The notes beneath the pieces were generated by a model. It had not been told where the DNA came from. It made no database searches and saw only the letters and a list, made by a program, of their open reading frames with translations. DNA of 21,830 nucleotides from Prasinococcaceae sp. CCMP 1430 (lineage: Eukaryota > Plantae > Prasinodermophyta): assembly GCA_013416795.1 (NCBI GenBank), contig RQSC01000635.1:59870-81699 (forward strand). Direction: 5' to 3'. The translations under genes and the position numbers were made by a program. Positions 18,720 to 21,830 of the stretch are shown piece by piece (position 1 is the first letter of the stretch; the number at the start of each line of letters is the position of its first letter).

Positions 18720-19050
18720 GTGGCGCGCCAACACCCCTCCCCGCCAAGCAAAATAACGTCATATCAAAACGCATTTGACACGCGCCGAACCCAACCCCTC
18801 ATCACCAATGTAGACTACAGCACAGGACGTACATAGTACAGTACTTGTCATGAGATCTCATGCGCTAACGGGAGATTTATGCAAAAAAACGCGACGTTTC
18901 CTTTGGGTTTTGATGGTCTGTTCAAAACGCACTGGTTTTCGGGCGGGCGGCGGAGCGGGCAGTGGATAAGGGAGGTGCGCGGGTCTGATTTGGGTAGGGT
19001 TCAAATCTCCTTTTTCTGTGCTGACCCTACCTCAAAATGCGAACCCTAAC
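18720..19050. promoter_or_regulatory. Relatively AT-rich region upstream of the CD36 gene, with TCAAAA/TTTTGA and telo-box-like ACCCTA motifs
   Basis: TCAAAA/TTTTGA at about 18764, 18908, 18922 and 19032; TAGGGTT at 18995; ACCCTA at 19024; AACCCTAA at 19042. Confidence 0.45.
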
Positions 19051-19069
19051 TCCCGCGCCGCCGCCGCCG

Positions 19070-21830
19070 CCGCCGTCGGCGCGCCGGCCGACGCCCAGGT
19101 GAAGTGGCCTTCGATCGTGTAGAAGCGCGAGCGGGTTCGGGATGGTGGACAGGAATGTCCACTCCTTGTCCCCGACTACGTCGAAGTTGGAATTGATCGC
19201 ACAGTGCTCCTGCACACAGGCGCGGGGAGTGGCGTGCTCTCTACCCGCGCGGATGCCCATGTATAGCTGCGGGGTGTAGAGGTATTCGCGCACAGTCGCG
19301 CGGATGCGCGCGCGCGTCCAGCGCACGTTCAGGCGCAGCTCCGGGTAGCGCTCGCGCGACCATGCATAGAGGGTCTCCTTGGTCATCGCATCGTAGTCAG
19401 GCTCGGTGACGTTGTCGACCGGCCGGCCGCCGATGTAAAGGATGGCATCCATGCCCGAGCCGCGACCGTTGTATGCCGCCGCCTCGCGAAGCGCTGCTTC
19501 CGCCTCCAGGCGCTCCTTCGTGCTCCTGTCGTTCTACGGCGGCGGCTGGAGCGCCGCGTCGCCGCCGTGCCGTCCATGCTCCGCACCTGCGCCGAACGCC
19601 AGGCGCGCCCCGTCCGCCAAGTGCAGCTCGTACGCGAGGGCGAGGTTGTGCGCACCGCTCTTGTCGCCCAGGAACGCCAACGGCGCGCGGAAGTACGCCA
19701 CCTCGCCCGGACGGTCCGCCGGCAGTCGGTCGGACAGCCAGAGGTGCTGCATGTGCGGGTCCCACGAGACGCCCGCGGCCGCGTCGCGCGGCTTGCACCC
19801 CGCGCCCTGGCCTACCGCGGCAGCGGGCTGCGCACCGTAGTCACGCTCGAGCGTGCGCACGCGCTGCAGCGCGCTCTCACCCGAGCCTCCGCCGTTACAC
19901 GCCGAGTTGTTGTACGCGCGCCACCCATCCGAGCCAAGGGCAAAGTCCGAGCGCACGATGGACTCGCCCACGTGCCGCGAGCAGTCAGGAAGAGTCCATC
20001 CTGGCCAGCACAGGCAGCTCCCGTCCAGCTGGCAATCGCCGTGGTCGCACGGCCAGCACGGAATCGAGCAATCTGTCCCGGTCCAGTGCTTGTCGCACTT
20101 GCAGGTACCGTCCACCAGGCACGAGCCGTGCTCGGGGTCACACGGCAGGCACTCGGTATACTCACGCACGCTGCAATCGGTGCCGCCCCAGCCAGACGCG
20201 CACTCGCAGCTACCGTCCGGCTGGCACTCGCCGTGCGCGCACGGTGCGCAGACGGTGAAGCAGTCAGTGCCAGTCCAGCGCAGCCCAGAGTCGTCACCGT
20301 AGCACGCGCAGCTGCCGTTGCGCTGGCAGGTGCCATGTGCCTGAACAGGCAGCCCCGCAGAGGAAAGAAGCACTTCGTCGCCCTCGCCCGCGACCGCATC
20401 CCACTCCGTGCTCGGGTGCCTGAAGCAGTCGCACTTATTCGAGCAGTCCTCGCCGTACCACCCGAGCTCGCACTCACAGCTGCCGTCGTACTGACATGTG
20501 CCGTGCTCGGAATCGCACCTGTCGCACGGGACGCTGCAGTTCCAGCCAGTGTACGCGTCGGCACCAGAAGACACGCCGTGCATGAGCTGATGCACGATCC
20601 AGACTTTGTAGTATGAAGGTTCGCGGTACGTGACCCATCGCAAGAGCTCGGGTTCGTAGCCGCCGCGAAGGTGAGTCTTCAGCAGACTCTGGCGTTCGCT
20701 CAGAGTATTCACGAGCCGGCGCTCCTACCGAGCGGGCGGGGAAGCATGCGCACGGCAGGCGACGGGCGTTAGCACGCGGCGATTTGAGCATGCGCATCGT
20801 GCGCATGCTCGAGCACATGCATACTGTAGCGCAGCCTCGCCCGCGCGCGTGAGGGAACGCACCTCCTGCTCGACAGCTTGCCGCAGTTACAAAGCCCGGT
20901 ATGCGAGCCTGCCGATCGCCAGCCGGGACTCGCGCACAAAGTGTGCCTTGACCACCGAGTCGCAGCACCACGGTTGCACACCTTTCTCATAGCTGCCTCC
21001 CGCGCGGGGGCACCTGCTCCGGGCCGCACTCCACCATGCAGTCGCTGCCCGCGTAGCCCGGATCGCACGCGCGCGCGCCCTCACTCGCACACGCACCATT
21101 GCGGCACGGCATGCGCGGCGAGGAGCACTGCTCGCCTGCGAACCCAAGCCCGCCCTTGGCGTTCTCCCCGGATTTATCAGGTGGCACTCGCCGTTGCTCG
21201 AGCAGGCACCGCACTCGACGTCGCAGTGCGCCCCCGTCCAGCCGCTGCCACACACACAATACGCCGTCGTGTCGTTGTCATCGGAAAGTTCAGCCCGAAG
21301 AGGTCCGTCACATTCATGGGGCCAGTGGCCGTCACTCCGGCACCGTGTACGTACGGCAGCGAGCCGAACTCGGTGATGTTGACGGTCGAGTTCACATACG
21401 TCAACATGCCCTGGGCGCTGCACTCCTTGTCGCACTTGGAGCCTGCCCAGCCGGGCTCGCACGCGCACGAGCCGTCCTCCGGGTGGCAAGCGCGGCGCAC
21501 ACACTCCACGCAGGGTTCCGTGCAGTGGGATCCCGCCCAGCCCACACCTCCGATGCTGGCAGGCGCGGCCATATCGCAAACACAGACGGCCCCGCCCCTT
21601 CCTAGTACGTGCGAGGCGTACTTGAGCATTGCCTCGACCTCCTGCGCCACGGAAGTGGCCGCCGCATCGCGTTCAAACAGCAGCACCCCCACGGCATCGT
21701 CGGCTCCGTCGATGAGTGCACGCACGAGCGCATCATCGGTCGCGTGTAGCAGCGCCTCTGACGTAGGTACGGCGGACGGCCAGCGAAAGCGCTTGAAGTC
21801 ACCCTCTGCCCACGAGTGTGTCGGCGGCAC
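19070..21830 (-). pseudogene. Disrupted gene for a large Cys-rich EGF-repeat protein with a laminin-B (laminin IV)-like domain; 5' end beyond the window
   Basis: Repeats of CxPCxHGxCxxDGxCxCxxGWxGxDC across several frames. DFALGSDGW...YFRAPLAFLGDKSGAHNLALAYEL...DAILYIGG is laminin-B-like. Continuity requires frameshifts near 21286, 21160 and 21018, passing in-frame stops TAA (20887-20889) and TAG (19534-19536), and one intron (20862-20725). Confidence 0.72.
20725..20862 (-). other. Intron (138 nt, phase 0) in the EGF/laminin-B-like gene
   Basis: GTGCGT donor (same as RPA12 intron 2), GCTAAC branch motif, TAG acceptor; joins QAVEQE to ERRLVNTL in frame. Confidence 0.75.

Noticed and set aside
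6683-18756. Numerous Arg/Ala/Gly-rich antisense and alternative-frame ORFs (e.g. 6715-8298, 8201-10738, 8886-10655, 12380-14548, 15476-16606, 16137-17432)
   Set aside because: These are the expected shadows of high-GC3 genes and show no motifs.
18990-19050. Telomere or interstitial telomeric array
   Set aside because: Only isolated single units, not a tandem array.
19534-20889. Stop-codon reassignment (TAA/TAG = Gln) to explain the in-frame stops
   Set aside because: TAG terminates DUF1769, PHD and HECT at plausible ends, and the same gene also carries frameshifts, so decay or sequencing error is simpler.
21071-21115. C-to-U RNA editing restoring two CGC codons to TGC (Cys)
   Set aside because: A third expected Cys is GGC, which C-to-U cannot fix, and neighbouring indels and stops are unexplained by editing. 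It is not supportable without cDNA.
1-21830. Transposase, integrase, reverse transcriptase or viral genes
   Set aside because: No recognisable motifs in any frame; no terminal inverted repeats with target-site duplications were found.

Overview
A GC-rich, gene-dense eukaryotic draft scaffold, probably from a microalga or protist. The evidence is GT-AG spliceosomal introns, a eukaryotic-type tRNA-Pro with a Pol III terminator, VPS35 and a HECT ligase. It has two N-gaps (639-1252, 3123-3902) and four single-n joints (4198, 8512, 11995, 12503). Gene order: SDE2 3' part (+); spliced RPA12-like Pol I subunit (-); acid lipase fragment (+); tRNA-Pro(UGG) (-); membrane-anchored polyQ/polyP + UBA-like + PAN/Apple protein (+); DUF1769-type protein (-); intronless VPS35 (+); small acidic/coiled-coil gene (-); large HECT E3 (+); CD36/SR-B family receptor (-); and a multiply disrupted EGF-repeat/laminin-B-like gene (-) running off the right edge. 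At four gap edges the resident gene stops abruptly and an unrelated coding fragment takes over: an alphaproteobacterial addB-like piece, an unidentified ORF, a PHD finger and an inositol monophosphatase. This most likely reflects chimeric gap-filling, though real gene-fragment capture is not excluded. I found no clearly new multi-gene system. The best biological leads are the decaying EGF/laminin-B gene beside a CD36 receptor, the UBA-like/Apple architecture, and recurring TTTTGA and telo-box-like intergenic motifs. All family assignments are from motif recognition; no database searches were run.
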